Origin: Acidobacteriota bacterium
GTDB lineage: Bacteria > Acidobacteriota > Polarisedimenticolia > JAPUKU01
Length of the DNA stretch: 64,000 nt
Reading direction: 5' to 3'
Assembly: GCA_027295505.1 (NCBI GenBank)
Contig: JAPUKU010000084.1
Coordinates: forward strand, 5,926 to 69,925
Part shown: one piece after another, positions 27,732 through 39,971 of the stretch
Position numbering within the stretch: the first letter of the stretch is position 1
How the letters are laid out: each line of letters begins with the position of its first letter
Notes under the pieces: model-generated
Told to the model about the DNA's origin: nothing
Seen by the model: the letters and a program-made list of their open reading frames with translations, nothing else
Database searches by the model: none
Made by a program: the position numbers and the translations under genes

Positions 27732-28513
27732 GGGCGACCACCTGCCACGCGCACCGCGGAGTCATCCATAGAGCCGGCCGTGCCACCCATCCATCGCCGC
27801 AACCGCAGTAGATCCAGGAGCATGCGAGGCGCGTCAGTCAGCAGGCCTACGCTGGAGCCGGCCGAGTTCCGCCACCGGACCGGGTGTTCCACAACCGACA
27901 GCCCGGCGCGCAACGCTCTCCACACCAGCTCCACATCGTAGGCAAACCCTTCGGTCTTCAGATCACGCACTACGGGCTGCACGACTTCCCGCGTCATAAG
28001 CTTGAAACCACACTGCGTGTCACGGAACGGAAGGCCGCTCAACCCGCGCATCAAGAGGTTGAATAGCTTGCCTAGCTTCTCGCGCAAGATTGACTGGTGA
28101 ACCTCAATCCGCGAGCCCGGCAGGGCCCGCGAGCCGATGACAATGTCACACCCGTCCTGCTCCTGCCGCTCGAGAAGCGCGTACACCTCCTCGATCGGAG
28201 TGGACAGATCCGCGTCACTGATCAGCACCCGCTCGCCCGAGGCCGCCAGAATCCCCCGGCGGACGCTATAACCCTTGCCGCGGTTCCGGTGGTTGACGAG
28301 CAGCAGCGAGGGACCTTCGTACACCGAAAAAAACTGCCGGGCAACCGCAGAAGTGGCATCGCGACTGCCATCGTCGATCACAACGATCTCGGGACTCAGA
28401 CGGTTGCCGCGGAAGTACGTTGCGATGCTTCGCAAGGTCCCGCCAAGCCGGCGCGCCTCCCCGTACGCCGGGATGACGATGGTCAAGGGGGAAGAGAGAG
28501 CGTCCTCACTCAT
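27728..28513 (-). CDS. Polyprenol-phosphate glycosyltransferase (family-2 GT, DPM1/GtrB/ArnC-like).
   Basis: LTIVIPAYGEARRLGGTL...VVIDDGSRDAT...DTQCGFKLMTREV are the motifs. It overlaps the downstream gene by 4 nt. Confidence 0.75.
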   Translation of the reverse strand: MSEDALSSPLTIVIPAYGEARRLGGTLRSIATYFRGNRLSPEIVVIDDGSRDATSAVARQFFSVYEGPSLLLVNHRNRGKGYSVRRGILAASGERVLISDADLSTPIEEVYALLERQEQDGCDIVIGSRALPGSRIEVHQSILREKLGKLFNLLMRGLSGLPFRDTQCGFKLMTREVVQPVVRDLKTEGFAYDVELVWRALRAGLSVVEHPVRWRNSAGSSVGLLTDAPRMLLDLLRLRRWMGGTAGSMDDSAVRVAGGRP

Positions 28514-28555
28514 GGACTGGGGCCAACGCCTGCTGTCGGCGCCCCCTCACAGGGA

Positions 28556-29710
28556 TTATCCTTCGGGAGGGGCCTGGGCAGCCTCGTACGCTTCGTAGGT
28601 CAGAAAGTCGCCGCCCGAAAAGACATATATCTTCGGGTATCGGGTGACATCACCGTTCGAATCCAGGTTCGTGACACCGGTGGCGCCATGGTACCCCTTC
28701 ATGATGCTCAGCTGAATTTGCACGTCCTCTCCGTAGGTTCCAACGGCACCATCGACCGCCCGGGCCAGCATGTGCAGGGCGTCGTACGCCTGCGCGGCCC
28801 AGAGACCCGGAACCTCGCCACCGTACCTCTCCGAGTACCTGCGCACGAACTCCTGTACGGCCGGATCGGAACTCGAGGGGTCGTAATCATCCAGCGGAAA
28901 GATCACGTCTTCAGCAAGATCACCCGCTTCCCTGATGAAATCCCGCGAGTCACGGGTGGCCAGAATGCGCGCCCCAATCTCCGTGGAGCGCAGCGTCTCG
29001 AAGATCGCGCGCCGGTCGGCCTCGTAGGCGATCACATAGATTCCGTCAGGACGCACGGACTCCACGACAGAGCGGATTTCCCTCAGATCGGGATCCCCCT
29101 GCGGAAAGGATATGACCTGGTGCACTTCCCGGTTCGGACCGGTGTAATACTTCAGGAATGACTCCTTGAGACCCTGACCGTAGGCATTGGCCACGGAGAT
29201 GACCACCAGATCCAGCAGTCGAAGCTTCTCGGATGCGAACTGGGCGAGGTAGGCACCCTCCAGAACGTCCGATGGATAGTTCCGGAAAACGTAGACGCCG
29301 GCCTTGGTGATCTTGGGAGCGGACGAGGCGGGGCTGAAGAGCACAACCTGGCGTTTCTCACAGAAAGGCGCCATCGCCAGAGTGACCTCGCTCAGCAGAT
29401 CCCCGAGGATGGCATTCACGCCTTCCTCGTCGATCAGCTTGGTGGCAGCCCTCAGGCCTCCGGACGCGCTGCCTTTCGAGTCCCGATAGAGCATCACCAG
29501 GGGCTTGCCACGCAGCCCGCCGGCGGCGTTGATTCCCTCGGCCGCCAAGTCCACGCCTTTCTTGGCCATCTCGCCATAACGTTGTGCATGGCCTGACAGC
29601 GGCAGAACGCACCCGATCCGGGTCTCAGTCGGCCCGCAGGCGCTCAGCAGTATTGCGGTTCCAAGTAACGTTAGGAGCGTTCGCATTTTTTGACCTTCCC
29701 AGCGTGTCAC
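28556..29710 (-). CDS. ABC transporter substrate-binding lipoprotein, branched-chain amino-acid (LivJ/LivK) family.
   Basis: The lipobox is LLSAC. CVLPLSGHAQRYGEMAKKGVDLAAEGINAAGGLRGKPLVMLYRDSKG...EEGVNAILGDLLSEVT is a type-1 periplasmic-binding fold. Confidence 0.75.
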   Translation of the reverse strand: MTRWEGQKMRTLLTLLGTAILLSACGPTETRIGCVLPLSGHAQRYGEMAKKGVDLAAEGINAAGGLRGKPLVMLYRDSKGSASGGLRAATKLIDEEGVNAILGDLLSEVTLAMAPFCEKRQVVLFSPASSAPKITKAGVYVFRNYPSDVLEGAYLAQFASEKLRLLDLVVISVANAYGQGLKESFLKYYTGPNREVHQVISFPQGDPDLREIRSVVESVRPDGIYVIAYEADRRAIFETLRSTEIGARILATRDSRDFIREAGDLAEDVIFPLDDYDPSSSDPAVQEFVRRYSERYGGEVPGLWAAQAYDALHMLARAVDGAVGTYGEDVQIQLSIMKGYHGATGVTNLDSNGDVTRYPKIYVFSGGDFLTYEAYEAAQAPPEG

Positions 29711-29737
29711 GACCTGAACCTCCCGCGCCGACTGATC

Positions 29738-30154
29738 TTAACCCTCGGATGAGCGTCTGGCCACCCACAGCCGCGCGCGCGCGCAATGCAGGGCATGCCC
29801 AGCCCGCTCTCGGTCGATACCGGGGGCGAGGCCACGCAGGCGTTTCGTCGCCCGCTCGAGCGCGCGCTGTGCTCTGATCACGTCGATGTCGTCCGCCCGT
29901 TCACAGGTCGAGGCCAGCACGCTCACACGTTCGCGCAGGACTTCGGCAAACCCCCCTCCGACCGCAAACGTCTCGTCATGACCGCTGCCACGCACGATCA
30001 TTTGACCGGCTTCCAGAGCCACGATCATCGGATGGTGGCCAGGCCGTACACCAAACGATCCTCCTACACCCGGCATCACGACCTCATCGGCCTCGGCCGA
30101 CAGCACGCGCCGGTCCGGAGTCAGGACCTCGAGTGTGATCTTGTCCGGCAGCAC
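29738..30154 (-). CDS. atpC: F1 ATP synthase epsilon subunit.
   Basis: LEVLTPDRRVLSAEADEVVMPGVGGSFGVRPGHHPMIVALEAG. Confidence 0.85.
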   Translation of the reverse strand: MLPDKITLEVLTPDRRVLSAEADEVVMPGVGGSFGVRPGHHPMIVALEAGQMIVRGSGHDETFAVGGGFAEVLRERVSVLASTCERADDIDVIRAQRALERATKRLRGLAPGIDRERAGHALHCARARLWVARRSSEG

Positions 30155-30165
30155 GGAGAGTTCCT

Positions 30166-32543
<2,378 letters not shown>

Positions 32544-32546
32544 CGA

Positions 32547-34085
32547 TCAGGAGGCCGCTGCCTGCTGCCCCGAATGCGTGGAAACGAATTCCTGCTTGAA
32601 CTCTTCGAGTGCCTGGTTGAGATCCTGCTCCAGATCCTTATCGAGAACCTTGTGGGTGCTGATACGGGAAACAAGACCCGGCTGGCGGCTCTCGAAGTAC
32701 TTGTAGAGCTCACGCTCAAAATCCGCGCAGAGCGACACATCGATGTCATCAAGGTATCCGTTGACGGCCGAGTACATCAGCAGCACCTGTCGCTCCACCG
32801 ACAGCGGCTGGTACTGCACTTGCTTGAGGATCTCGGTCAGGCGCTGGCCGCGGGTGAGTTGCGACTGTGTCGCCTTGTCCAGATCGGCTCCGAACTGCGC
32901 GAACGCCGCCAGGTCACGGTACTGCGCCAGGTAGAGACGCAACGTGCCCGCCACTTGCTTCATCGCCTTGATCTGGGCGTTCCCGCCGACGCGTGACACC
33001 GAGAGGCCAACATTCACGGCCGGGCGGATACCCGAGTAGAACAAGTCGCTCTCGAGAAAAATCTGGCCGTCCGTGATTGATATGACGTTGGTCGGGATGT
33101 AGGTCGAGATGTCGCCTGCCTGGGTCTCGATTATGGGCAGCGCGGTCAGAGATCCGCCACCCTTTTCCGGGCTGAGCTTGGCGGCCCGCTCGAGCAGGCG
33201 TGAGTGAAGGTAGAACACATCACCCGGGTACGCCTCGCGTCCGGGCGGGCGCCTGAGCAACAGAGAGATCTCGCGGTAGGCGGCGGCGTGCTTGCTCAAA
33301 TCGTCGTAGACGCAAAGCACGTGCCTGCCGCGATCGCGCAGGTACTCCCCCATCGTGCAACCGGCGTAAGGTGCAAGATACTGCATGGGTGCCGGCTCCG
33401 AAGCCGAGGCGACGACCACAATCGTGTGCTCCATGGCGCCGGCGTCCTCGAACGTCTTGACGACCTGGGCAACCGTGGAGCGCTTCTGGCCAATCGCCAC
33501 GTAAATGCAGATGACGTCGCTGCCGCGCTGGTTGAGGATCGTGTCGATTGCGAGGGCCGTCTTACCCGTCTGGCGGTCACCGATGATCAGCTCGCGCTGG
33601 CCTCGACCGATCGGAATCATACCGTCGATCGCCTTGATCCCAGTCTGCAGAGGTTCACGCACCGGAACACGGTCGACAATGCCCGGGGCTATGCGCTCGA
33701 CCGGTGCCCGCTCCTCGCTGTGGATGGGCCCCTTGCCGTCGACCGGCTGGCCTAGCGTATTCACGACCCGGCCTATCATGGCGTCGCCGACCGGCACCTC
33801 CATGATGCGTCGGCTGCGACGAACACTGTCCCCCTCCTGGATGCGGTTCGTCTCTCCCAGGAGCACGGCTCCGATACTCGTGTCCTCCAGGTTAAGCGCC
33901 AGGCCGCGCACGCCATGGGGCAGTTCCAGCAGCTCGCCCACCATGCAGCGGTCCAGACCGTGGATTCGGGCGATGCCGTCACCCACTGATACAACCGTAC
34001 CAACCTCGCTAACGTCGATGTCTTCCTTGAAACTCTCAATCTCCTGCCGGATGATGCGGCTGATTTCGTCTGCTTTGATCTGCAC
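32547..34085 (-). CDS. atpA: F1 ATP synthase alpha subunit.
   Basis: [18 protein letters not shown] (P-loop) and the rest of the protein. Confidence 0.97.
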   Translation of the reverse strand: MQIKADEISRIIRQEIESFKEDIDVSEVGTVVSVGDGIARIHGLDRCMVGELLELPHGVRGLALNLEDTSIGAVLLGETNRIQEGDSVRRSRRIMEVPVGDAMIGRVVNTLGQPVDGKGPIHSEERAPVERIAPGIVDRVPVREPLQTGIKAIDGMIPIGRGQRELIIGDRQTGKTALAIDTILNQRGSDVICIYVAIGQKRSTVAQVVKTFEDAGAMEHTIVVVASASEPAPMQYLAPYAGCTMGEYLRDRGRHVLCVYDDLSKHAAAYREISLLLRRPPGREAYPGDVFYLHSRLLERAAKLSPEKGGGSLTALPIIETQAGDISTYIPTNVISITDGQIFLESDLFYSGIRPAVNVGLSVSRVGGNAQIKAMKQVAGTLRLYLAQYRDLAAFAQFGADLDKATQSQLTRGQRLTEILKQVQYQPLSVERQVLLMYSAVNGYLDDIDVSLCADFERELYKYFESRQPGLVSRISTHKVLDKDLEQDLNQALEEFKQEFVSTHSGQQAAAS

Positions 34086-34125
34086 GCTGACTCCCTGGCA
34101 CTTTCCTTGAAAGGTTAAGTTTTTC

Positions 34126-34719
34126 TCACTCGCTCAGCAGGCTGCGTCTCATCATGCCGAGCCTGGCACGCACGCTACTGTCGTAAACCCGGGATCCGAT
34201 GCGAGTGCGCATGCCCCCGAGCAGCGACGGATCTTCCTTGATCTCGACCCTCACCTTGCGCCCCGTGGCATCTTCGAGCGCGTGCTCATACTTGCGGGCT
34301 ACATCGCGGCCCAGGGGCGTGGCGGAGGTCAATTCCGCCACCAGGATCTGGCCGCGCTCGTCACGCAGCCTCACGTAGCTGTCCCAGATCTCCGCAAGCA
34401 GATCGGCACGGTCCCGGGTGACCAGAACCTCGATGTAGCGGCGGCTCAGCGGCTGGGCGTCGGGAAATGTCTTGCTCAGGACCCTGAGCTTTCTCTTGCC
34501 GTCGATAACCGGATTGCTGAGGAAACGCTGCAGGTCAGCGCTCTGGCGGACGACTCCCGCCGCGGCCTCGAGATCCGATTCCACCCGCGAGCGCTCACGC
34601 TCAGATCTCGACTCGAGCACTTCGATAAGCGCCCGCGCGTACTGCTCGATCACGCTGCTTGAGCGGGATGACATCCTTGGCACTTTCCGGGATTCTGCGG
34701 CGTGACCACCCGCCCGCAA
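34126..34719 (-). CDS. atpH: ATP synthase delta (OSCP) subunit. The start is probably the internal MSSRSS at ~34674.
   Basis: The OSCP-like sequence is [12 protein letters not shown]...[15 protein letters not shown]. No atpB/E/F is upstream; the next gene is a bactofilin. Confidence 0.8.
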   Translation of the reverse strand: MRAGGHAAESRKVPRMSSRSSSVIEQYARALIEVLESRSERERSRVESDLEAAAGVVRQSADLQRFLSNPVIDGKRKLRVLSKTFPDAQPLSRRYIEVLVTRDRADLLAEIWDSYVRLRDERGQILVAELTSATPLGRDVARKYEHALEDATGRKVRVEIKEDPSLLGGMRTRIGSRVYDSSVRARLGMMRRSLLSE

Positions 34720-34802
34720 AAGAGGGGATTTTCTTCCAAAAGCGCCCGCCTGTCAAGCGCTTCTGTTTTGTTTTCCGTGGGTTAGCCTGCCCTCTCGTGG
34801 GG

Positions 34803-35225
34803 TCATGAGTCGAGCTTCATCTCCTGCACAGCCTTCAGCTCCGGCTCCACGGCGGCCGGCTCAGAAGGGCTGTTCTCCCTGGGCGTCTTCATGTCGATGC
34901 TTCCTTCGAAGACTGCACCTTCCTCGATGATCAGGGTCGGCGCCTCGAGCTTCAGTTCGCCGTAAACCCGCCCCTGGCGGTGAATCTCAACCCGATCCTT
35001 GACCTTGATGGTACCGCTGATCCTGCCGGCCACGGAGAGGGTGCCTACCTCGATCTCGGCTTCCACTTCTCCAGTCCGGCCCACGATCAGCTCGCGCTCG
35101 GATACGATCTTGCCCGTTACCTTTCCATCCACGCGCAACGTATCGGTGAAGTGGATCTCGCCCTTGATCCAGGTCCCCTGACCCAGATAACCGTTGAGCT
35201 CACCGCCCTCCGAACTGTCCTTCAT
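34803..35225 (-). CDS. Bactofilin (DUF583 beta-helical cytoskeletal protein).
   Basis: The bactofilin repeat pattern is WIKGEIHFTDTLRVDGKVTGKIVSERELIVGRTGEVEAEIEVGTLSVAGRISGTIKVKDRVEIHRQGRVYGELK. Its start overlaps the parB stop by 4 nt (ATGA). Confidence 0.75.
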   Translation of the reverse strand: MKDSSEGGELNGYLGQGTWIKGEIHFTDTLRVDGKVTGKIVSERELIVGRTGEVEAEIEVGTLSVAGRISGTIKVKDRVEIHRQGRVYGELKLEAPTLIIEEGAVFEGSIDMKTPRENSPSEPAAVEPELKAVQEMKLDS

Positions 35226-36115
35226 CCACGACCCCCTTTCAAACTGACACGGGCGGTTCTCTCCGCGCCCACAAATAGACTGTAGAGCCGATGCAGGTCT
35301 TCCTCGTCGTAGAAGTCGATGATCACCGAGCCTCCCTTCCCCCGTCGTTCGATTCGAACTTGCGTGGCGAGGGCGCGTTTCAGATCGTCCTCTGCCTTGG
35401 CGGTATTGGGGTCGGTATGGGTCCGAGCCTCGCGGCGTTTGCTGCCGTCCAGGCGGCTGTGTCGTGCCAGCGATCGCTCGAGGTCTCGCACGCTCATGCC
35501 ACGCTTGGCCGCCGCCTTCGCGAGCCTAATCTGATCCTGTGGGTGGCTCAGGCCCAACAGAACCTTGGCGTGCCCCGCTGAGAGGGTTCCACGTCTCAAG
35601 AGATCCTGGATAATTTCTGGTAACTTCAATATTCTCAATGAGTTAGCTACTGACGCTCTCGACTTGCCCACCCGTTTCGAGACCTCTTCCTGGGTGAGTC
35701 CGAGCTCATCGATCAGACTGCTGAAGGCACGGGCTTCCTCCACCGGGTTCAGATCCTGCCGCTGCAGGTTCTCGATCAGAGCTATTTCCAGAAGCTGGTC
35801 CTCAGCCGCATCCCGGATGATGGCCGGCACCCTGCTGAGACCCGCCTTCTGCGCCGCACGCCATCGCCTCTCCCCAGCGATCAGCTGATACCCTTTGCTG
35901 GCCCGCCGCACCACGACTGGCTGCAGCACACCGTGGTTCTGGATCGAGCGTGCGAGCTCATTGAGTGCCTCGTCGTGAAACTCCTTGCGAGGCTGTCGAG
36001 GATTCGCCAGGATCTGGTCGAGACCGATCCAGACGAACCCCTCCCGCGGCGGTTCGTCCACCACAGCAGTCGGGATCAGAGCTCCGAGCCCTCTACCGAG
36101 CGCTTTGCGCATCAC
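35222..36115 (-). CDS. parB: Chromosome partitioning protein ParB/Spo0J.
   Basis: [10 protein letters not shown], the ParB box [16 protein letters not shown] and an HTH region are present. Confidence 0.9.
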   Translation of the reverse strand: MMRKALGRGLGALIPTAVVDEPPREGFVWIGLDQILANPRQPRKEFHDEALNELARSIQNHGVLQPVVVRRASKGYQLIAGERRWRAAQKAGLSRVPAIIRDAAEDQLLEIALIENLQRQDLNPVEEARAFSSLIDELGLTQEEVSKRVGKSRASVANSLRILKLPEIIQDLLRRGTLSAGHAKVLLGLSHPQDQIRLAKAAAKRGMSVRDLERSLARHSRLDGSKRREARTHTDPNTAKAEDDLKRALATQVRIERRGKGGSVIIDFYDEEDLHRLYSLFVGAERTARVSLKGGRG

Positions 36116-36887
36116 TTTGAATCCCCTCTCTTTCCAGGAGCTCCTTGGCCAGATTCAGGTACGCCTCCGCTCCCCGTGATCGGATGTCGTAAAGAAGTGC
36201 GGGTTTACCAAACGAGGGAGCCTCCCCGAGGCGTACGTTCCGCGGAATGGAGGTTTCGAAGACCTCTCCAGCATCAAAAAACGAACGGAGATCGTCTCCA
36301 ACCTGCCGGCAAAGGTTCGTGCGCTCGTCATACATCGTCAGCAGGATCCCCTCCAGCGTCAGGCGTGGATTGAGCGCCTCCTTCACCCGGTGGTACGTCT
36401 GCATCAGCTCCGAAACCCCCTCGAGAGCGTAATACTCACACTGCACCGGGACGAGAAGCGTGTCAGCCGCGACCAGCGCATTCAGGGTTAGAAGCCCCAG
36501 AGAGGGCGGACAGTCGATCAGGATGAACTCGAATCGCCCACGCTGCTGCTCGACCGCTTCCTTCAACCGGCTCTCCCGCTTTTCTTCACCGACGAGCTCG
36601 ATCTCGGCACCGATCAGCTCACGGTTAGAGGGCACCACTTTGAGATGCTCCAGCGCTGTGGCACAGAGCGTCTGCTCGATCGGGATAGCGCCGATCAGAG
36701 TGTCGTAGATGGTTGGCTGCTGTGCGTCGACCGAGACGCCCAGGCCTTTGGTAGAGTTGGCCTGCGGATCGACGTCAATCAGGAGGGTGCGCCGTTCGGC
36801 AGCAGCTAGAGACGCCGCCAGGTTCACGGCCGTGGTGGTCTTACCCACCCCACCCTTCTGGTTGGCTATGGAAATGATTCGACCCAC
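36093..36887 (-). CDS. parA: Chromosome partitioning ATPase ParA/Soj. The GTG start at 36887 is preferred over the 324-aa ORF-track version.
   Basis: (V)[27 protein letters not shown] is the deviant Walker A. The upstream 60 codons of the track ORF read [13 protein letters not shown]...GECS (not protein-like) and cover the parS sites. Confidence 0.9.
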   Translation of the reverse strand: MGRIISIANQKGGVGKTTTAVNLAASLAAAERRTLLIDVDPQANSTKGLGVSVDAQQPTIYDTLIGAIPIEQTLCATALEHLKVVPSNRELIGAEIELVGEEKRESRLKEAVEQQRGRFEFILIDCPPSLGLLTLNALVAADTLLVPVQCEYYALEGVSELMQTYHRVKEALNPRLTLEGILLTMYDERTNLCRQVGDDLRSFFDAGEVFETSIPRNVRLGEAPSFGKPALLYDIRSRGAEAYLNLAKELLEREGIQSDAQSAR

Positions 36888-36932
36888 AGAGCACTCTCCC
36901 GGGCCGCATAGCCTACCACAAAGATGCGGGAA

Positions 36933-36948
36933 TGTTCCACGTGGAACA
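36933..36948. promoter_or_regulatory. parS-like centromere site (TGTTCCACGTGGAACA, a perfect 16-bp palindrome).
   Basis: It matches the canonical parS tGTTtCACGTGaAACa at 14 of 16 positions. It lies 46 bp upstream of the parA GTG. Confidence 0.6.
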
Positions 36949-37037
36949 ATCGCGCTGCTCCTGCAGGGGTGAGAAAACCTGCCAGGTGGAACATTCCCGG
37001 GTTTGGGGGGACCGGATGCGGGTTTTAGCAGATCAAT

Positions 37038-37053
37038 TGTTCTACGTGGAACA
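37038..37053. promoter_or_regulatory. Second parS-like site (TGTTCTACGTGGAACA).
   Basis: It is a near-palindrome about 105 bp from the first site and overlaps the 3' end of rsmG. A half-site CAGGTGGAACAT lies at ~36982-36995. Confidence 0.5.
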
Positions 37054-37716
37054 ATCCTGACAGGCACTTACTTTCCGGATCACCGAAGCGAAGGAGCGTT
37101 CGCGCCCGACGATGGGGCGGATTTCGGCCTGCTCGAGCCTTCCTGCATACTGTGGGAGCCGTTGCTCCACTGTCGAGACACCATCCTGTCCGGCGAGCAG
37201 AATCGCAAGTGACCCGGCGGTCCCTTTCTGGTCAAGCAGAGTCAGGGCCAAATCGAACGCTCCCACCGCTTTCAGGGTCAGAATGTCAAAGCTCCAGGCG
37301 TCCGGCAAGTCGCTGTACGATTGCAGATCGCGCTCCAGGACCTGGACGCCCCTCAGACCCAGCTTCCGGGCGGCCTCTGCCAGAAACGCCACCTTTCTTG
37401 CAGCCCGCTCCACCAGCAGAACGGTCCAGGAGGGCCGTAAGAGAGCCAGAATCAATCCTGGAAACCCTCCCCCGCTGCCCAGATCGACAAGTTTCCCTCG
37501 CCCGCGTTCTGGCATCAGATCAAGGATTTGCAGCGGCTCGGTATAGAGCGTGACCGCCGCCTTCGGATTTCGCACGGAGGTCAGGCTCACCGCCCTGTTC
37601 CAGTGCTGCAGGAGCCGAAAGTGCTCTTCCATCGCGGCCGCCTGTTCCTGTTCAAGCTGGAGCTTCATCGTGCGGGCCGCTTCCATGATGGCTCCGGAGA
37701 CACTTACCTCCTTCAT
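37042..37716 (-). CDS. rsmG: 16S rRNA (guanine527-N7)-methyltransferase RsmG/GidB.
   Basis: [17 protein letters not shown] is the SAM motif. The ATG at 37716 overlaps the upstream GT39 stop as ATGA. The track ORF extends to 37761. Confidence 0.85.
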   Translation of the reverse strand: MKEVSVSGAIMEAARTMKLQLEQEQAAAMEEHFRLLQHWNRAVSLTSVRNPKAAVTLYTEPLQILDLMPERGRGKLVDLGSGGGFPGLILALLRPSWTVLLVERAARKVAFLAEAARKLGLRGVQVLERDLQSYSDLPDAWSFDILTLKAVGAFDLALTLLDQKGTAGSLAILLAGQDGVSTVEQRLPQYAGRLEQAEIRPIVGRERSFASVIRKVSACQDCST

Positions 37717-39113
37717 GCTGGCTCCCGGGAGACGAGCACCAGATCGCCCTGTCGTGACCATACGAGAACCGGCTCCTTGCTCGCACGGAGTTGCTGAAGA
37801 CCGTCCGCACTCGTCAGCAACCAGTGGCGACCGGGGCCGGGGTCCGGAAGTTTTCTAGATGGCGTCGGGGAACACCCCTCAACAGGGCGGTTGGCATACC
37901 AGATGAAGGCATTGCGCACATCCCAGCGACACGACTCCCCTGGGAAAAAGAGAGAGATAGGGGTCTGCGGGCTGGTCCGGGCACGAACCTCCTCGGCGAT
38001 CGCCCGGATCCCCTCTGTCCGGTCGCGATGCAGCGGAATTGGGAGTGAGATGATGGCGAGGCCGAGAAAACACCATATGGCCGCAACGCCCGTCACTATG
38101 GAACGCCTCAACTCCGGTCGGGAACGGGTGAGATCAGCCACACCTGATGCTGCGACGGCCGCAACACCCGGGAGGACAGCCAGGAAGTACCATAATTTCC
38201 TTGGTCCAGCCGCCATGAGAAGAACGAGCGGGACCCATGCCCAGGCCCAGGGTACCGATAGGTTTCTCCATTCACTACCCTGTCCAATACGCTTTCGTAG
38301 CAGTCGCAGCAGTGTGGCAATGAAGAAGGCGCTGACTGGTAGAAGAAGCACCGCGAGCCGAGCCAATGTTTCGAGCCGGCTGCTATCCGAAACTCCCCTG
38401 ACCCCTTCCCCCCAGAGGAGCCATACTAAATGGCCATTAACAAAGGGAGATCCAAATTTTATGGTCATCACGCTGAGCCATGTTCCCACGACCAGTAAGA
38501 AGCCGGCGACGGCTGGCGGCCACCAACCCTGCAGCTGTCGGCGGCCTTCCGTACCTGCCAGCCACCAGCCGGTAATGAGCGCGGCAGGAGCTGCCAGACC
38601 CAGGATCGACTTTGTCAGATACGCGAGACCGAATGAAACACCTGAGAACGCTTGTATAGACCTGTTCAGGGGTTTACGCTGAGCGAGATAGATACCGGCC
38701 ATGGACCAGAACATCAGACCGACATCCAACATAGATCTTCGTAAGTATTTTAAAAACAGTGGGTTAAATAATATAAGGGCGGCCAGGATGAACGCTGTCC
38801 AGCGCTCCCCGAACAGGTTTTTTCCCCACTCGAACGCCAACAGGATGACAAGCACACCGAACAGACCTGTTGGCAGGCGCGCCGCCGCATCGGATGCCCC
38901 CACGAGCTTGAAGGTGAGGGCCTGGGCCCAGATCCCGAGTGGTGGATTGTCGAACGTGGGCGCTCCGTTGAACGGCAGCGCCAGCCACTCCCCGCTTTCT
39001 GCCACCTCGAACGCCTTGCGGGCGTAGTAGGCATCGTCGTATCCGGGGAGGTCGGCTTCGATCGGGCGCGCCCACGCTGCCATGATCACCGCCAGGAGCA
39101 GGATCCGTCTCAT
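37713..39113 (-). CDS. ArnT/PMT-like membrane glycosyltransferase (GT39/GT83 family; polyprenyl-phosphate-sugar-dependent).
   Basis: EADLPGYDDAYYARKAFEVAESGEWLALPFNGAPTFDNPPLGIWAQALTFKLVG matches the N-terminal DE/periplasmic loop of the ArnT/PMT family. There are multiple TM helices. Confidence 0.7.
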   Translation of the reverse strand: MRRILLLAVIMAAWARPIEADLPGYDDAYYARKAFEVAESGEWLALPFNGAPTFDNPPLGIWAQALTFKLVGASDAAARLPTGLFGVLVILLAFEWGKNLFGERWTAFILAALILFNPLFLKYLRRSMLDVGLMFWSMAGIYLAQRKPLNRSIQAFSGVSFGLAYLTKSILGLAAPAALITGWWLAGTEGRRQLQGWWPPAVAGFLLVVGTWLSVMTIKFGSPFVNGHLVWLLWGEGVRGVSDSSRLETLARLAVLLLPVSAFFIATLLRLLRKRIGQGSEWRNLSVPWAWAWVPLVLLMAAGPRKLWYFLAVLPGVAAVAASGVADLTRSRPELRRSIVTGVAAIWCFLGLAIISLPIPLHRDRTEGIRAIAEEVRARTSPQTPISLFFPGESCRWDVRNAFIWYANRPVEGCSPTPSRKLPDPGPGRHWLLTSADGLQQLRASKEPVLVWSRQGDLVLVSREPA

Positions 39114-39125
39114 CGGAATGAGCGC

Positions 39126-39971
39126 TCAGCTTTTCTGGAACCGCTCCTCCGTCGCAGGCCGATCACTCCCCCACGTGCCCGGTGCGACAGGCCTCCAGCG
39201 CGGATGGTGATGAACTCCACATCGGTGGAGCAGGCATGAGCCGAGCGCGGCCAGCGTGGCCAGCCCATAACGCACCGCAGCGGCAGGGCGGATCGACGAG
39301 GAGCCCGGACCGTACCACACTGGAACCGGTATCTCCCCTACCCGGAAACCAAACGTCACGGCCTGGAGCAGTATCTCGGAGTCGAATGCGAAATCGTCCG
39401 AGTTTTGCTCGAACGGAACCGCCTCTAGGACACGCCGGTGGTAGGCACGGAAACCAGTGTGCCACTCTGAAAAGTTCTGCCCGGTGGCGACGTTCTGCAC
39501 CCCTGTCAGGACTCGATTGGAAACGTATTTGTAGAGAGGCATGCCCCCGGCAAGAGCTTCGGCCCACGTGCGGATCCTGGAGCCAAGCATGATGTCGTAA
39601 ATGCCCTCCCGCACCGGCCCGAGCAGATAAGGCAGAAGGCGGGCGTCGTGCTGCATGTCGGGATGAAGCATGACGACCTGATCGAAACCGGCCCTCAGAG
39701 CCGCGCGGTAGGCAGTTTTCTGGCTCGCGCCATATCCCTGGTTCGTCGCGTGGGCAATGACGTGAAGCCCGAGCCGGCGCGCCACCGATAACGTTTCATC
39801 ATGGCTGCCGTCGTCCACCAGCAGCACTTCGTCCACCTCGCCCGGAGTGACTCCGGCGAGCGTGCGTTCGAGGGTCTGGGCGGCGTTGTAAGCTGGGAGG
39901 TAGAGGAGAGTGCGGGCGCTGCGGCGGCGGGGGCTTGCGCCGAGCGCGGGAGAGAGCATGGTTGCTCTCAA
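39126..39971 (-). CDS. Family-2 glycosyltransferase (polyprenol-phosphate sugar synthase-like).
   Basis: LLYLPAYNAAQTLERTL...VLLVDDGSHDETLSVAR...QGYGASQKTAYRAAL are the motifs. It overlaps the jag stop by 4 nt. Confidence 0.75.
   Translation of the reverse strand: MRATMLSPALGASPRRRSARTLLYLPAYNAAQTLERTLAGVTPGEVDEVLLVDDGSHDETLSVARRLGLHVIAHATNQGYGASQKTAYRAALRAGFDQVVMLHPDMQHDARLLPYLLGPVREGIYDIMLGSRIRTWAEALAGGMPLYKYVSNRVLTGVQNVATGQNFSEWHTGFRAYHRRVLEAVPFEQNSDDFAFDSEILLQAVTFGFRVGEIPVPVWYGPGSSSIRPAAAVRYGLATLAALGSCLLHRCGVHHHPRWRPVAPGTWGSDRPATEERFQKS

Noticed and set aside
36888-37067. 60-codon N-terminal extension of parA in the ORF track.
   Set aside because: Its translation is not protein-like and it covers the parS-like palindromes. 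The canonical ParA N-terminus begins at GTG 36887 ([18 protein letters not shown]).
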